Assembly (NCBI GenBank): GCA_016840085.1
Contig: JAEOTA010000084.1
Location: forward strand, 1-64,000
Direction: 5' to 3'
DNA from: Promethearchaeota archaeon
GTDB taxonomy: Archaea; Asgardarchaeota; Lokiarchaeia; Sigyniarchaeales; SOKP01
Length of the DNA stretch: 64,000 nucleotides
Positions 10,977-20,237 of this stretch are shown here, in pieces (the stretch's first letter is position 1; the number at the start of each line of letters is the position of its first letter). The position numbers were made by a program, and so were the translations under genes. The notes under the pieces were generated by a model, which made no database searches, was not told the DNA's origin, and saw only the letters and a program-made list of their open reading frames with translations.

Positions 10977-11024
10977 TTATTTTACTTCGAATTAATTTTA
11001 AATTTAATAATTTTTATTAATTTA

Positions 11025-11453
11025 ATGAATTTTAATGATTTGTATTGTGAAAAGCAAAAGATGGAGATTGAAAAAACAAGAGAAACTTCATGGAAAATTC
11101 AATTAAAGAACAATAAAGAAAATATTGAAATAACTTCTGTGGAAATTAGTGGAGAAGTCAGGATTATAAAATTAGCATTATTTGATAATGAAAACTCTTT
11201 AAAAGTCGAGATGAGTAAAGAAGAATTTTTCAACTTTCTTTCTTTAATTTCAGCATTTAAAGATGTTGTAATAGGAGAAGAGTCCGTTTTTTTGGATGAA
11301 GATTCGGATTTAATTGAAAATGAACATTTAGGGATTCAAGAAGTTTTAGACTCAAATGATTTTTTATCTAAGATTAATGATGAATCCGCAGAAAAAGACA
11401 TAGATGATAATACTGGAGAAGAATTAAACCCTGAAGAATGGGATCCTTGGTAA
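11025..11453 (+). CDS. hypothetical protein, beta4-alpha domain with acidic tail ending EEWDPW
   Basis: 142 aa ORF with a very acidic C-terminal half. Confidence 0.7.
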   Translation: MNFNDLYCEKQKMEIEKTRETSWKIQLKNNKENIEITSVEISGEVRIIKLALFDNENSLKVEMSKEEFFNFLSLISAFKDVVIGEESVFLDEDSDLIENEHLGIQEVLDSNDFLSKINDESAEKDIDDNTGEELNPEEWDPW

Positions 11454-11459
11454 TATATT

Positions 11460-11951
11460 TCACATTTTTTTCATTTCAATTTTATATTCACAAAATTCTA
11501 AATTGGTATCTTCAATACAACACTGATTTTCAATAACATTTACTTTATATAAAGCAAATTCTCCAAAACCAGTTAATAATCCCGTTATGAAATAACAGAA
11601 ATATTTTGATTTATTTTCTAATTCTGAGGAAATATTATGAAAGAGATTAATGATAATCAAATCATCACTTATTTTTTTAGGAACAAATCGGCCCCACCCG
11701 TGATTAGTTATTATATTACAGAATTGATTTACTAAATCATCTAAAGATTTTGATTTTAAATTTTCATCCCAATTCTGAATTAATGTCCAACCTGCTTTTT
11801 TACCAAGCCAAACCAATAAAGATTTCACACCTTCACCGTAAATAGATGATAATATATCAATTACTTGTGGTGGAAAAAATACAAAGCGGTCATTAAACAA
11901 CTCGTATTTGCCTTTATTGTATTTTAAACCTTTGATTTTTAAAGTTTTCAT
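11460..11951 (-). CDS. V4R / TRAPP-Bet3-like protein
   Basis: LVWLGKKAG, HGWGRF, CYFITGLLTGF, ENQCC..CEY V4R pattern. Confidence 0.85.
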   Translation of the reverse strand: MKTLKIKGLKYNKGKYELFNDRFVFFPPQVIDILSSIYGEGVKSLLVWLGKKAGWTLIQNWDENLKSKSLDDLVNQFCNIITNHGWGRFVPKKISDDLIIINLFHNISSELENKSKYFCYFITGLLTGFGEFALYKVNVIENQCCIEDTNLEFCEYKIEMKKM

Positions 11952-12129
11952 AATTATTATCAGCTTTTTTTATTATATAATATTTTCTAACGCTATCTAC
12001 CTTTCTAAAAAAATATATCTTTAAAACATAAAAAAATGAAATAAACTAAAAATTCTGAGAAAAATCTAGATTTTTAATTTTATCTTAAGTTGAGACCTTT
12101 AAATAATTCAATAATAATCTAATTATTGA

Positions 12130-12429
12130 ATGATAGAATTAGATATATTAATTTTAGAGATTTATGTAATTTTAGCTATATTTATACTTATTTTTATATA
12201 TTCGGTAATTGCAACCGATACTGTGATAACTTTATTAGCATTTATAATGTTCTTAATTTTCTTAATTCCTTTCAATTTGCTATTAGAAAAATTAGAACTT
12301 CTAATATTTGTTAACAATTTTGAAAATTATAGTTTTTTCAGACTAGTTTTTTTTTATTCAATTCTTATAACTTTTTTCATAGGGATATTCTTATTTATTG
12401 AATTAATATATCTTACATTTTTATGCTAA
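12130..12429 (+). CDS. small membrane protein (about 3 TM)
   Basis: Highly hydrophobic 99 aa ORF. Confidence 0.6.
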   Translation: MIELDILILEIYVILAIFILIFIYSVIATDTVITLLAFIMFLIFLIPFNLLLEKLELLIFVNNFENYSFFRLVFFYSILITFFIGIFLFIELIYLTFLC

Positions 12430-12456
12430 TTAAATAATTACTTGATTATGTGTAAT

Positions 12457-13977
12457 TTAAATAAAGCTAAGAATACTTGTAAACGAGATTAAAAAGCTTA
12501 AAGTAAAAACTATATTTGTTGTCAATATTAAAATAAGTCTTTTATTATAATTAATGATCTTTAAGAAATAGTTAGTAGTAATTGAGACACTTGATAACAA
12601 AACTATTAAAATTCCTGCCATATTGAAAAGATTTACAGGAGTATTAAGGACACTCAAAAAATAATTATTATTTAAGCTAATATTTTTCATTATTCCTGTT
12701 AAAATAGGGAAAAATCCTGAGATTCCACCAATTATTATAGGTAAAAGGAAGATAAAGAAAAAAATCTTAAATTTTTCTCCTTTAATTATTATTTCCAATT
12801 TTCTTTCAAGTTTTTGATGTTTATTTATTAATTTTAAGATTTCAAAAATTTTATCAGCGGAAAAGTAAGAATCTCTTTTAATAAATTTTTCAATCACCTC
12901 TAATAACATACTATAACGTATCGTTTGTAATTCTAACTTTAAATTCTCAATAATTTCATCAAAAGAGTTAGAGAAATTTAAAAGCCAAGCTATTTGATTT
13001 TGTAAGGGTTTTTTTAATAGTATTATGAATTTTTTAGTTTGAGAATAAGATTTAAAGAAAGCTTGTTCAGGTGATGCATTATTTTTTAGATTAAAAGCAA
13101 AACTTTTTAGAAAAACTAAAAATTCATCAAATTTTTTTCTTTCAAAATTTGAATATTCATTTAAAAGTCCAATCATATAAGAATTTTTTCTCATAAATTT
13201 TCGAAATAATAAATTTAGAGAGAATAAAAAGAATGGAATGAAAAAGATTAAAAATAAAAAATTAACTATTTGGAATAAAATTAAAAAACATAAACCAATT
13301 GGAGAAAATAACCCTATAAAAAATATTATGCTAATTTTTGACTGTAGTTCCCTTAAATAGATTTTAAATCGCTTTTCTAAAGGATAACTATTATAGTCAT
13401 TTGAATTATTAAAAAAATTATTTAGCACAAGATTTTTTAGATAGTTGTTAAATTCATTTGAAGGTGTTATTATTCTAGTTAATTCTTTTTCTGGTAATCT
13501 ACCTTCATGAATTCTATTGAAAATATTTTTAAAATATGAAGAAAGAGGACTTCTAGAATTTTTAATTATTTTTATGAAATGAAGACAGTAATCAGAAGTT
13601 TTCTTTAAAGTCATTTCAATTAAAGAAAATTCAATTCTAATCAAATGAAGCATAGCATTAATCGATGATTCATTTCTATTAATCTCCTGATAAAGAATCA
13701 AATTAAATTTGTAAGAAACTATTATTGAAATCATAATTGAAAATAGAAATAAGATTAAAACATTTATAGACGTTAAAAGTATTGATAATATTAGAAAGGT
13801 AATTAATGAAGTTAAAAAGATTATAAAACTAGCTTTATTTATATCATCTGCTTCAATGTTATAAAGTTTTTTATAGATTTTATAGTACCTTTCATCTAAT
13901 TCTTTGAATCTTAATTTTGGTAATTTATATTTATTAAATTTCCTACATAAGTCAATATAATTTTCAAGGTTTATCAT
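12457..13977 (-). CDS. type IV pilus / Tad membrane platform protein (GspF/TadBC/ArlJ-like)
   Basis: TM pairs alternate with two helical cytoplasmic domains (LSSYFKNIFNRIHEG..PEKEL; SFAFNLKNNASPEQAF); downstream of a secretion ATPase. Confidence 0.7.
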   Translation of the reverse strand: MINLENYIDLCRKFNKYKLPKLRFKELDERYYKIYKKLYNIEADDINKASFIIFLTSLITFLILSILLTSINVLILFLFSIMISIIVSYKFNLILYQEINRNESSINAMLHLIRIEFSLIEMTLKKTSDYCLHFIKIIKNSRSPLSSYFKNIFNRIHEGRLPEKELTRIITPSNEFNNYLKNLVLNNFFNNSNDYNSYPLEKRFKIYLRELQSKISIIFFIGLFSPIGLCFLILFQIVNFLFLIFFIPFFLFSLNLLFRKFMRKNSYMIGLLNEYSNFERKKFDEFLVFLKSFAFNLKNNASPEQAFFKSYSQTKKFIILLKKPLQNQIAWLLNFSNSFDEIIENLKLELQTIRYSMLLEVIEKFIKRDSYFSADKIFEILKLINKHQKLERKLEIIIKGEKFKIFFFIFLLPIIIGGISGFFPILTGIMKNISLNNNYFLSVLNTPVNLFNMAGILIVLLSSVSITTNYFLKIINYNKRLILILTTNIVFTLSFLISFTSILSFI

Positions 13978-13990
13978 AAAATTGAAAGGT

Positions 13991-14413
13991 TTAATATAAA
14001 TTAATAAAATTTACAATAATATATGATGATGAGTAAGATACGTTAAGATGGTATAACTTTGATGGAATATTAAAAAAGGATTTTTTATAAAAACTAGTAT
14101 TATAAACTAAAATTTTGTTATAAATCTCGTTATTGATTATAAATGTGCAAATAATATAGTACTCATTAAAAGTAATGTTAAATTTACAGGGATAATTAAT
14201 TTCCCTAAGATAATCCTCTTCAGGATTTTGTATGACAAATTGAACAGCTTGATCAATTTCACTAATAAAAATCATATATGACTCTAAATCTGTGGTCTTA
14301 GTTTTATTAAATTCTGAAACTTGATCTAAAAAAGGAATTACTATAGAAATAAAAATCGTCAATGTAAAAATTCCAAAGCCTAATAACAATGACTTCTCTA
14401 ATAAATTTGTCAT
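13991..14413 (-). CDS. pilin-like protein (minor pilin)
   Basis: N-terminus TNLLEKSLLLGFGIF matches the mature N-terminus of the Flp-like pilin at 26552-26758; lies between the ATPase and platform genes. Confidence 0.6.
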   Translation of the reverse strand: MTNLLEKSLLLGFGIFTLTIFISIVIPFLDQVSEFNKTKTTDLESYMIFISEIDQAVQFVIQNPEEDYLREINYPCKFNITFNEYYIICTFIINNEIYNKILVYNTSFYKKSFFNIPSKLYHLNVSYSSSYIIVNFINLY

Positions 14414-14434
14414 ATAAAGTAAAGTTAAAATTTA

Positions 14435-16612
14435 TTAATTTAAACTTCGAGTCTTTTTCCAATTGTCCCAAAAATCTTTTAATGATCCTATTGAGTTAAA
14501 TGAGTAATAAGAAATCCTATGAAATAGTTCAATTAATTCATTAATTTCAATTTTTTTGAGTTTTGATATAAATTCAAAAATATCATGATATAAGTTAATA
14601 AATATGTTGAATTTATTTAAAGACAAATCTTCATATTTTCTTAATTCAGAAATCACACCAGTGTTAAAAAGATTTTTTAATAATTTCCATTTCTTAAATT
14701 TTGGACTATATTGAAAAATTGGACTATCAAATTTACCATTTTCGCTATTACTTTTATCAATTTCGACCAATGATACAATTCTTCTTTTATTAAATTCTTT
14801 TTTCATTAAAATTATCAGATCCAAATCAAATAAACATGATTTATTAATTTTGAAATGGTAAAGAAAACGATGAATTAAAGATTCTATGTCATTTGCATGA
14901 ATAGTTTGAAAACCTTTTAATCCTGCCGCTAAACAGTGAAATAAGGCTTCTGTTTCTTCTTTAGTCAAAATTTCACCTAGATAGATTATATCAGGAGTTC
15001 TATGTAAAAGTGTCTTAATTAGGTTACTTTTTGAATAATTTTGTCTAATAAGGTCCTCTAAAGAATCAGCTTTATATTTTAACTGATGTTTACCAAATTC
15101 ATTTTGGTTTAAAGACTCAGTAATATTTTCAACATAAATCTTTCTAAATTCCTTTGGAACTAATAAATCCAATGCATTAATTAATGTTGTTTTTCCTGTA
15201 TCTGTTTCACCCGTAACTGTTATATTAATTCTTCGCAATAGATTAAAATATAAAAATGCCGCCATCAACGGGTCTAAAGTATCACATTTTAATAAATCCT
15301 GCAATGTAAGAACATTTTTATTCAATTTGCGTATATCTAAAGCAAATCCATTTATTTGGATTGGGTCAATATCAATAGCAAATCTACAATTAAAAAATTT
15401 GTTTTTTATGACGAATTTTATCTGTGGATTCATAAAATCCAATCTTTTACCACTATATAATCTTATTAATGTTTTAAGACGTTCTATATCTTTCAAATTA
15501 AATCTAATCGAAGTTCTACATCTGCCAAATTTTTGATGATTTATGTATATTTCATCATTTGGAGAATCTAAGAATATTTCTTCAATTGAATTGTCAATTA
15601 ATAATGGGAATAACTTATCTAGATTTAATTTTTTTAGCGTAGCTAAGTAAGTAATCCTTCTTTTAACAATCTTAGAGAATTTATATTTTAAATTTAAATT
15701 TTTTAATATTTCATCTTTATAAATTTCAATTAAGGTTTCAAGAGGAATAATCTGATTGAATTCTTTAACTTCAATATTTTGAATTAAATCATTGATTATT
15801 TTTTCAGAGTAATCAGTATTTTCATTTTCTTTTGAATAAAATTTAACAAAATATCTTTTTTCGTATTCAAATGGAGTTCTATATATTTGTATTTGAAAGA
15901 CATCATCTTCTCCAATTCTATACTCTGATAATAAACTAAGATTTTCGTTTAAGCAAAAATTTCCGTATGTATGGGTCTTTTCTTTTAAATAAGCAAATTT
16001 AGAGAAGATATACTCGTAAAAATTAGTAAATTTATGAGCAAAAGTCTTATTATTTTGAAATGCCTTAAAATCTTTAATAACATTTAGATTTTCAAAAAGT
16101 TTTAGAACATATTTCTCAGAATTCTTAATATACTTATAACATTTCTGACATATAGGATCAAATATAATATTGTTTTCAGATCTAATATCTCTTTTAATGA
16201 GTAAACGATATACTAAAATTGGATCGTAATACTCAAAATCTTGGATTTTATATGTTGAAGAAAAACTTGGAAAGAATTTACATTTAAATTCTCCATAATT
16301 ACATTTTTTATTCTTAATTTCTTCTATTTTTTTATTTATTTTTTTGACTTTCTTTAACTTTTTAAAATATTCTAAAAATAATTTAACATTATGATACTCA
16401 ATCGTAATATCTTTTCCTAATAAAGAAATTTCATTGATCTTTTTATTTTTATTTTTAAATAAAATAGATAGTAAACAGTAGCGACAATCTTCATTTTTAA
16501 AAAAGTTTTTATCTTTTTTAAGACATTTATTACAATCAATAAATAAAATAGCTTCTTTTATACCATCTAAATTTTCTCTTTCTTGAAAATAACTTAAATT
16601 TTTTAAGATCAT
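14435..16612 (-). CDS. TadA/CpaF/VirB11-family secretion ATPase with Cys-rich N-terminal extension
   Basis: PLLIDNSIEEIF, LDIRK, Walker A GETDTGKTTLINAL, Walker B PDIIYLGEI, His box QTIHA. Confidence 0.9.
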   Translation of the reverse strand: MILKNLSYFQERENLDGIKEAILFIDCNKCLKKDKNFFKNEDCRYCLLSILFKNKNKKINEISLLGKDITIEYHNVKLFLEYFKKLKKVKKINKKIEEIKNKKCNYGEFKCKFFPSFSSTYKIQDFEYYDPILVYRLLIKRDIRSENNIIFDPICQKCYKYIKNSEKYVLKLFENLNVIKDFKAFQNNKTFAHKFTNFYEYIFSKFAYLKEKTHTYGNFCLNENLSLLSEYRIGEDDVFQIQIYRTPFEYEKRYFVKFYSKENENTDYSEKIINDLIQNIEVKEFNQIIPLETLIEIYKDEILKNLNLKYKFSKIVKRRITYLATLKKLNLDKLFPLLIDNSIEEIFLDSPNDEIYINHQKFGRCRTSIRFNLKDIERLKTLIRLYSGKRLDFMNPQIKFVIKNKFFNCRFAIDIDPIQINGFALDIRKLNKNVLTLQDLLKCDTLDPLMAAFLYFNLLRRINITVTGETDTGKTTLINALDLLVPKEFRKIYVENITESLNQNEFGKHQLKYKADSLEDLIRQNYSKSNLIKTLLHRTPDIIYLGEILTKEETEALFHCLAAGLKGFQTIHANDIESLIHRFLYHFKINKSCLFDLDLIILMKKEFNKRRIVSLVEIDKSNSENGKFDSPIFQYSPKFKKWKLLKNLFNTGVISELRKYEDLSLNKFNIFINLYHDIFEFISKLKKIEINELIELFHRISYYSFNSIGSLKDFWDNWKKTRSLN

Positions 16613-16743
16613 TTAAACTTTTTTTTGTAAAGAAAAATTTAAATAACCCTCTTTTATTCATTAATGAAAATCAGTAGAATTACATTTCAATAAAAAAATT
16701 TATTTATTTTGAAAGATTCCTAAACAAAAGTTCGTGATAAAAT

Positions 16744-17763
16744 ATGGGTCATCGAAAAAAACATGCACCAAGACATGGATCGTTAGCATTTCTGCCGAGA
16801 AAAAGAGCAGCAACAATAAAATCCCGAATAAGAAATTGGATAGATTATGGAGATGATATAAATCTTCTTGGATTTGCAGGTTTTAAGGTTGGTATGACTC
16901 ATATTATATATATTGAGGATCAACCAAACAGTCCCTACTATGGAAAAGAATTATTGAAGCCTGTGACTATTATTGAAATTCCTCCATTAGTACTCATAGG
17001 ACTTAGAGTATATAATGAAGATGAGTATGGAAAATTTATTGTTGGAGAAATTTTCATTAATGATTTTAATAAATTCCTGGCTCGAAAAATAAATCTCCCT
17101 AATAGAGAAAATTATAACAAAACAGAACTAAAAAATAAAATTTTGGAGAATTTAAATTATACCAGTGATATTAGAGGGATTTTTCAAACTCAGCCCTATA
17201 GAACCTCACTACCAAGAAAAAAACCAGATATAATAGAAATTAAGATAAATTCAATAAATCAATTTGAAGAAGAATTCAATTATTTATTTGATAAGTTAGG
17301 AAAAGAAATTAGAGCTCGAGAAGTATTAAAAGAAGGAGAGTTGGTAGATGTTATTGCTGTCACTAAAGGAAAAGGATTTCAAGGACCTGTTAAACGATTT
17401 GGTATTAAGATTTTAACCAGAAAAAATAGCAAAATCAGAAGAGCTGTAGCATGTATTGGACCTTGGCATCCTGCGAGGGTTTTATACACCGTACCTCGTG
17501 CGGGACAGCTAGGTTTTCATCAAAGAACTGAATATCATAAAAGAATTATGGTAATCGGTGAAAACGAAGAAGAAATTAATCCAAAGGGCGGGTTTATTCG
17601 TTATGGTAAAGTTCGAGGAGATTACCTATTATTATTAGGCTCTATTCCAGGATCTAAGAAAAGATTAGTAAGATTAAGGAAAACTATTCGACCTTTAGGA
17701 TCTTTTATTATTAAATCACCAGAAATTACATTTATAAGCAGAGAAAGTCAACAGAGAAAATGA
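16744..17763 (+). CDS. rpl3: 50S ribosomal protein L3
   Basis: PRHGSLAFLPRKRA, GFKVGMTH, TKGKGFQGPVKRFG, GPWHPARV. Confidence 0.99.
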   Translation: MGHRKKHAPRHGSLAFLPRKRAATIKSRIRNWIDYGDDINLLGFAGFKVGMTHIIYIEDQPNSPYYGKELLKPVTIIEIPPLVLIGLRVYNEDEYGKFIVGEIFINDFNKFLARKINLPNRENYNKTELKNKILENLNYTSDIRGIFQTQPYRTSLPRKKPDIIEIKINSINQFEEEFNYLFDKLGKEIRAREVLKEGELVDVIAVTKGKGFQGPVKRFGIKILTRKNSKIRRAVACIGPWHPARVLYTVPRAGQLGFHQRTEYHKRIMVIGENEEEINPKGGFIRYGKVRGDYLLLLGSIPGSKKRLVRLRKTIRPLGSFIIKSPEITFISRESQQRK

Positions 17764-17785
17764 AATAAATTATAAGAGGGATTAT

Positions 17786-18574
17786 ATGGATAAAGTTAAT
17801 GTTTATAGTTTAGAGGGAGAAAAAAAGGATCTAGTCAATAAACCACCAATTTTTTATATTAAGCCAAGAAAAGATGTCATCCAAATGGCAAGTTCCGGCT
17901 CACAAAGTAGAGGAAAACAAATTCAGGGAAGAGATAAAGGTGCTGGTCTAAAAAATATCTCAAAAGGTTGGGGAACAGGATATGGTATGTCAAGAGCACC
18001 AAGAATAAAAGGGTCTGGTTTTCCTACAGCTCGGCATGTAGGCAGAGTTCCTTTTGCTAAAGGTGGGAGACGTACACATCCTATTAAAACCGAGAAAAAA
18101 ATCAAGAAAAAAGTTAATAAAAAAATTAACAAATTATCCATTATTTCTGCGATCTCTGCTTCTGGAGATGAAAACTGGGTGAGTTCAAGAGGTTATAAAA
18201 CTGACGATATACCTGAAATTCCTTTAGTTATTGATGATAAAATACAAACTATTAAAAAAACTAATAGAATCTATTCAATTTTATGTAATTTAGGATTAAA
18301 AAACGAGTTATTAAAAATAAAGAATGGGAAAAAAGTTAGAGCTGGAAAAGGTAAACTAAGAGGACGTAAATATAAAAACAAAAAAGGAATATTAATTATA
18401 ATAAAGGATGATTTTGGGATTATAAAAGCATCTAGAAATATTCCTGGTACAGATGTAATAACAATTGAGACCTTATCGATTAATAATTTGGCACCTGGAG
18501 GCGCCCCAGGCAGATTAATATTATGGACGCAATCAGCTTTCAATGAGTTAAATAATTTTGAGGTGCATTTTTGA
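17786..18574 (+). CDS. rpl4: 50S ribosomal protein L4
   Basis: [32 protein letters not shown]. Confidence 0.98.
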   Translation: MDKVNVYSLEGEKKDLVNKPPIFYIKPRKDVIQMASSGSQSRGKQIQGRDKGAGLKNISKGWGTGYGMSRAPRIKGSGFPTARHVGRVPFAKGGRRTHPIKTEKKIKKKVNKKINKLSIISAISASGDENWVSSRGYKTDDIPEIPLVIDDKIQTIKKTNRIYSILCNLGLKNELLKIKNGKKVRAGKGKLRGRKYKNKKGILIIIKDDFGIIKASRNIPGTDVITIETLSINNLAPGGAPGRLILWTQSAFNELNNFEVHF

Positions 18575-18575
18575 A

Positions 18576-18839
18576 GTGGAGAAATTTTATACTATTATAA
18601 AGAGACCTTCGATTACTGAAAAAACTTTTGATTTAATTGAAAGAGAAAATAAATTAGTATTTATTGTTAATAGAACTGCGAACAAAAACCAAATTAGAAA
18701 AGCGGTAGAAAAGATACATAATGTAAAGGTAATAAAGGTTAATACTTTGATTTCTTCAAAGGGAGAGAAAAAAGCGTTTGTTAAGCTTCATCCAGATTAT
18801 TCAGCGCAAGATATTGCAATTGATTTAGGGATATTTTAA
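18576..18839 (+). CDS. rpl23: 50S ribosomal protein L23 (GTG start at 18576 preferred)
   Basis: [31 protein letters not shown]. Confidence 0.97.
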   Translation: MEKFYTIIKRPSITEKTFDLIERENKLVFIVNRTANKNQIRKAVEKIHNVKVIKVNTLISSKGEKKAFVKLHPDYSAQDIAIDLGIF

Positions 18840-19961
18840 TTATGTCTTATTTTTAAAAATTTTGAGATCAAAATTTGAAATATTATCGAGGAGGATAACT
18901 TTGATATTTTTTAATTTGTTAATCTCTTTTATTTGAGATAATTTTTCGTAATCTAATTTATTCAATAGAAAAAAATAGATAAGATATTTTAAGTAATATT
19001 TTTTGATAATACGTTGAATATAATTCGATTCTAATATTGGTAAAATTACAATTAAAAAAGCTTGTTCAACAAGTAATAATTTATTGCTTAGCCTAGTAAA
19101 TTTGATTTTATTATTTATTAGATTTTGCTCAAATTTTGAATTGAATTTCAACAATAAAGGTAAAAAATAGTGTTCTTTAGTTATAAATAAATTGTAAAAA
19201 AACCTTAAAAGATAAGCATCATCAGAAATTCTTAATCTCCATAAGTAATTAAGTAATTTTTTAATTTTTACATTCTGTTTTTTTAGTATATTATTATCAA
19301 AGAAATTATTTACCTTTTCGGCAATATCCGAAGTATAATTAAGTTTATTACTTACTTCAACAAAATATGAGCAAATTTGTATTTCATCTATGAAATTGAT
19401 TTGAAAATTGAAGAATAAGTACCCAACTCGATTATAATTTTGAATTAGACTTGCAAATGAGTCAATAAAAGAATTTTTCTTTTCTAAATATTCTAGACTA
19501 ATTTTATAAAAATCTAATAATCTCAATCTTTTTTCATTTCTGATTAAGAGTGCCCCTGAGTTCTCTGTAATAGTTATATTAGAATTTATTTTTTCAAAAA
19601 TAACCTGTAAAAAAAGTTTTTCTAACGTACTATTTTCTAAAAATTTAATCGAAATTTCGCATTCACATAACTTTTGATAAATTATATTAAAAATTTTAGT
19701 AATTCCCTCTTTTTCTGTATCTTCAAAATTTAATAGAATTGTGTGTTTTTCTTTGGTAGCGGTATATATTTGAACAGAATAATAATGAATAAACCTTTGT
19801 CTTAAGAAATCATTCATTAATAAGATTATTGGATTAAATGTATTTGATTCAATTGCAGCAAATGCTATAAATTTGTTATTGTTGTTAAAACTTTTATAAT
19901 AAATTAAAAATCTATCAATTATATATGAAAATAATTTATATTTACCCTTTTTGACCATCAA
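18840..19961 (-). CDS. hypothetical protein
   Basis: 373 aa ORF, no recognisable motif. Confidence 0.7.
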   Translation of the reverse strand: MMVKKGKYKLFSYIIDRFLIYYKSFNNNNKFIAFAAIESNTFNPIILLMNDFLRQRFIHYYSVQIYTATKEKHTILLNFEDTEKEGITKIFNIIYQKLCECEISIKFLENSTLEKLFLQVIFEKINSNITITENSGALLIRNEKRLRLLDFYKISLEYLEKKNSFIDSFASLIQNYNRVGYLFFNFQINFIDEIQICSYFVEVSNKLNYTSDIAEKVNNFFDNNILKKQNVKIKKLLNYLWRLRISDDAYLLRFFYNLFITKEHYFLPLLLKFNSKFEQNLINNKIKFTRLSNKLLLVEQAFLIVILPILESNYIQRIIKKYYLKYLIYFFLLNKLDYEKLSQIKEINKLKNIKVILLDNISNFDLKIFKNKT

Positions 19962-20237
19962 TAATTATTTTCTGTTAAAAATATAAAAACGTATGAATTT
20001 TTTTAGTTTATTTTTTGGAATTATTTAATTAATTGTAATAAAAAAATTGGGTGAAAGTTTAGTTGATAAAATTTATTTTAGAGATCTAATTGAATGCAAT
20101 AACTAGGTCTGAGATTTGACATATCTTCTGATTTAGGTAGAGCTATTAGCTAGTTCAAATAAGAAATAATCTAATATCCAAAATTTTAAAGTATCATCGA
20201 TTTTATATTAAATTAAAATCTATCTTAGGTTTTATAT

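Noticed and set aside
20091-20160. Hairpin AACTAG..CTAGTT in a divergent intergenic region
   Set aside because: Short terminal stem with weak internal pairing; not distinguishable from chance.
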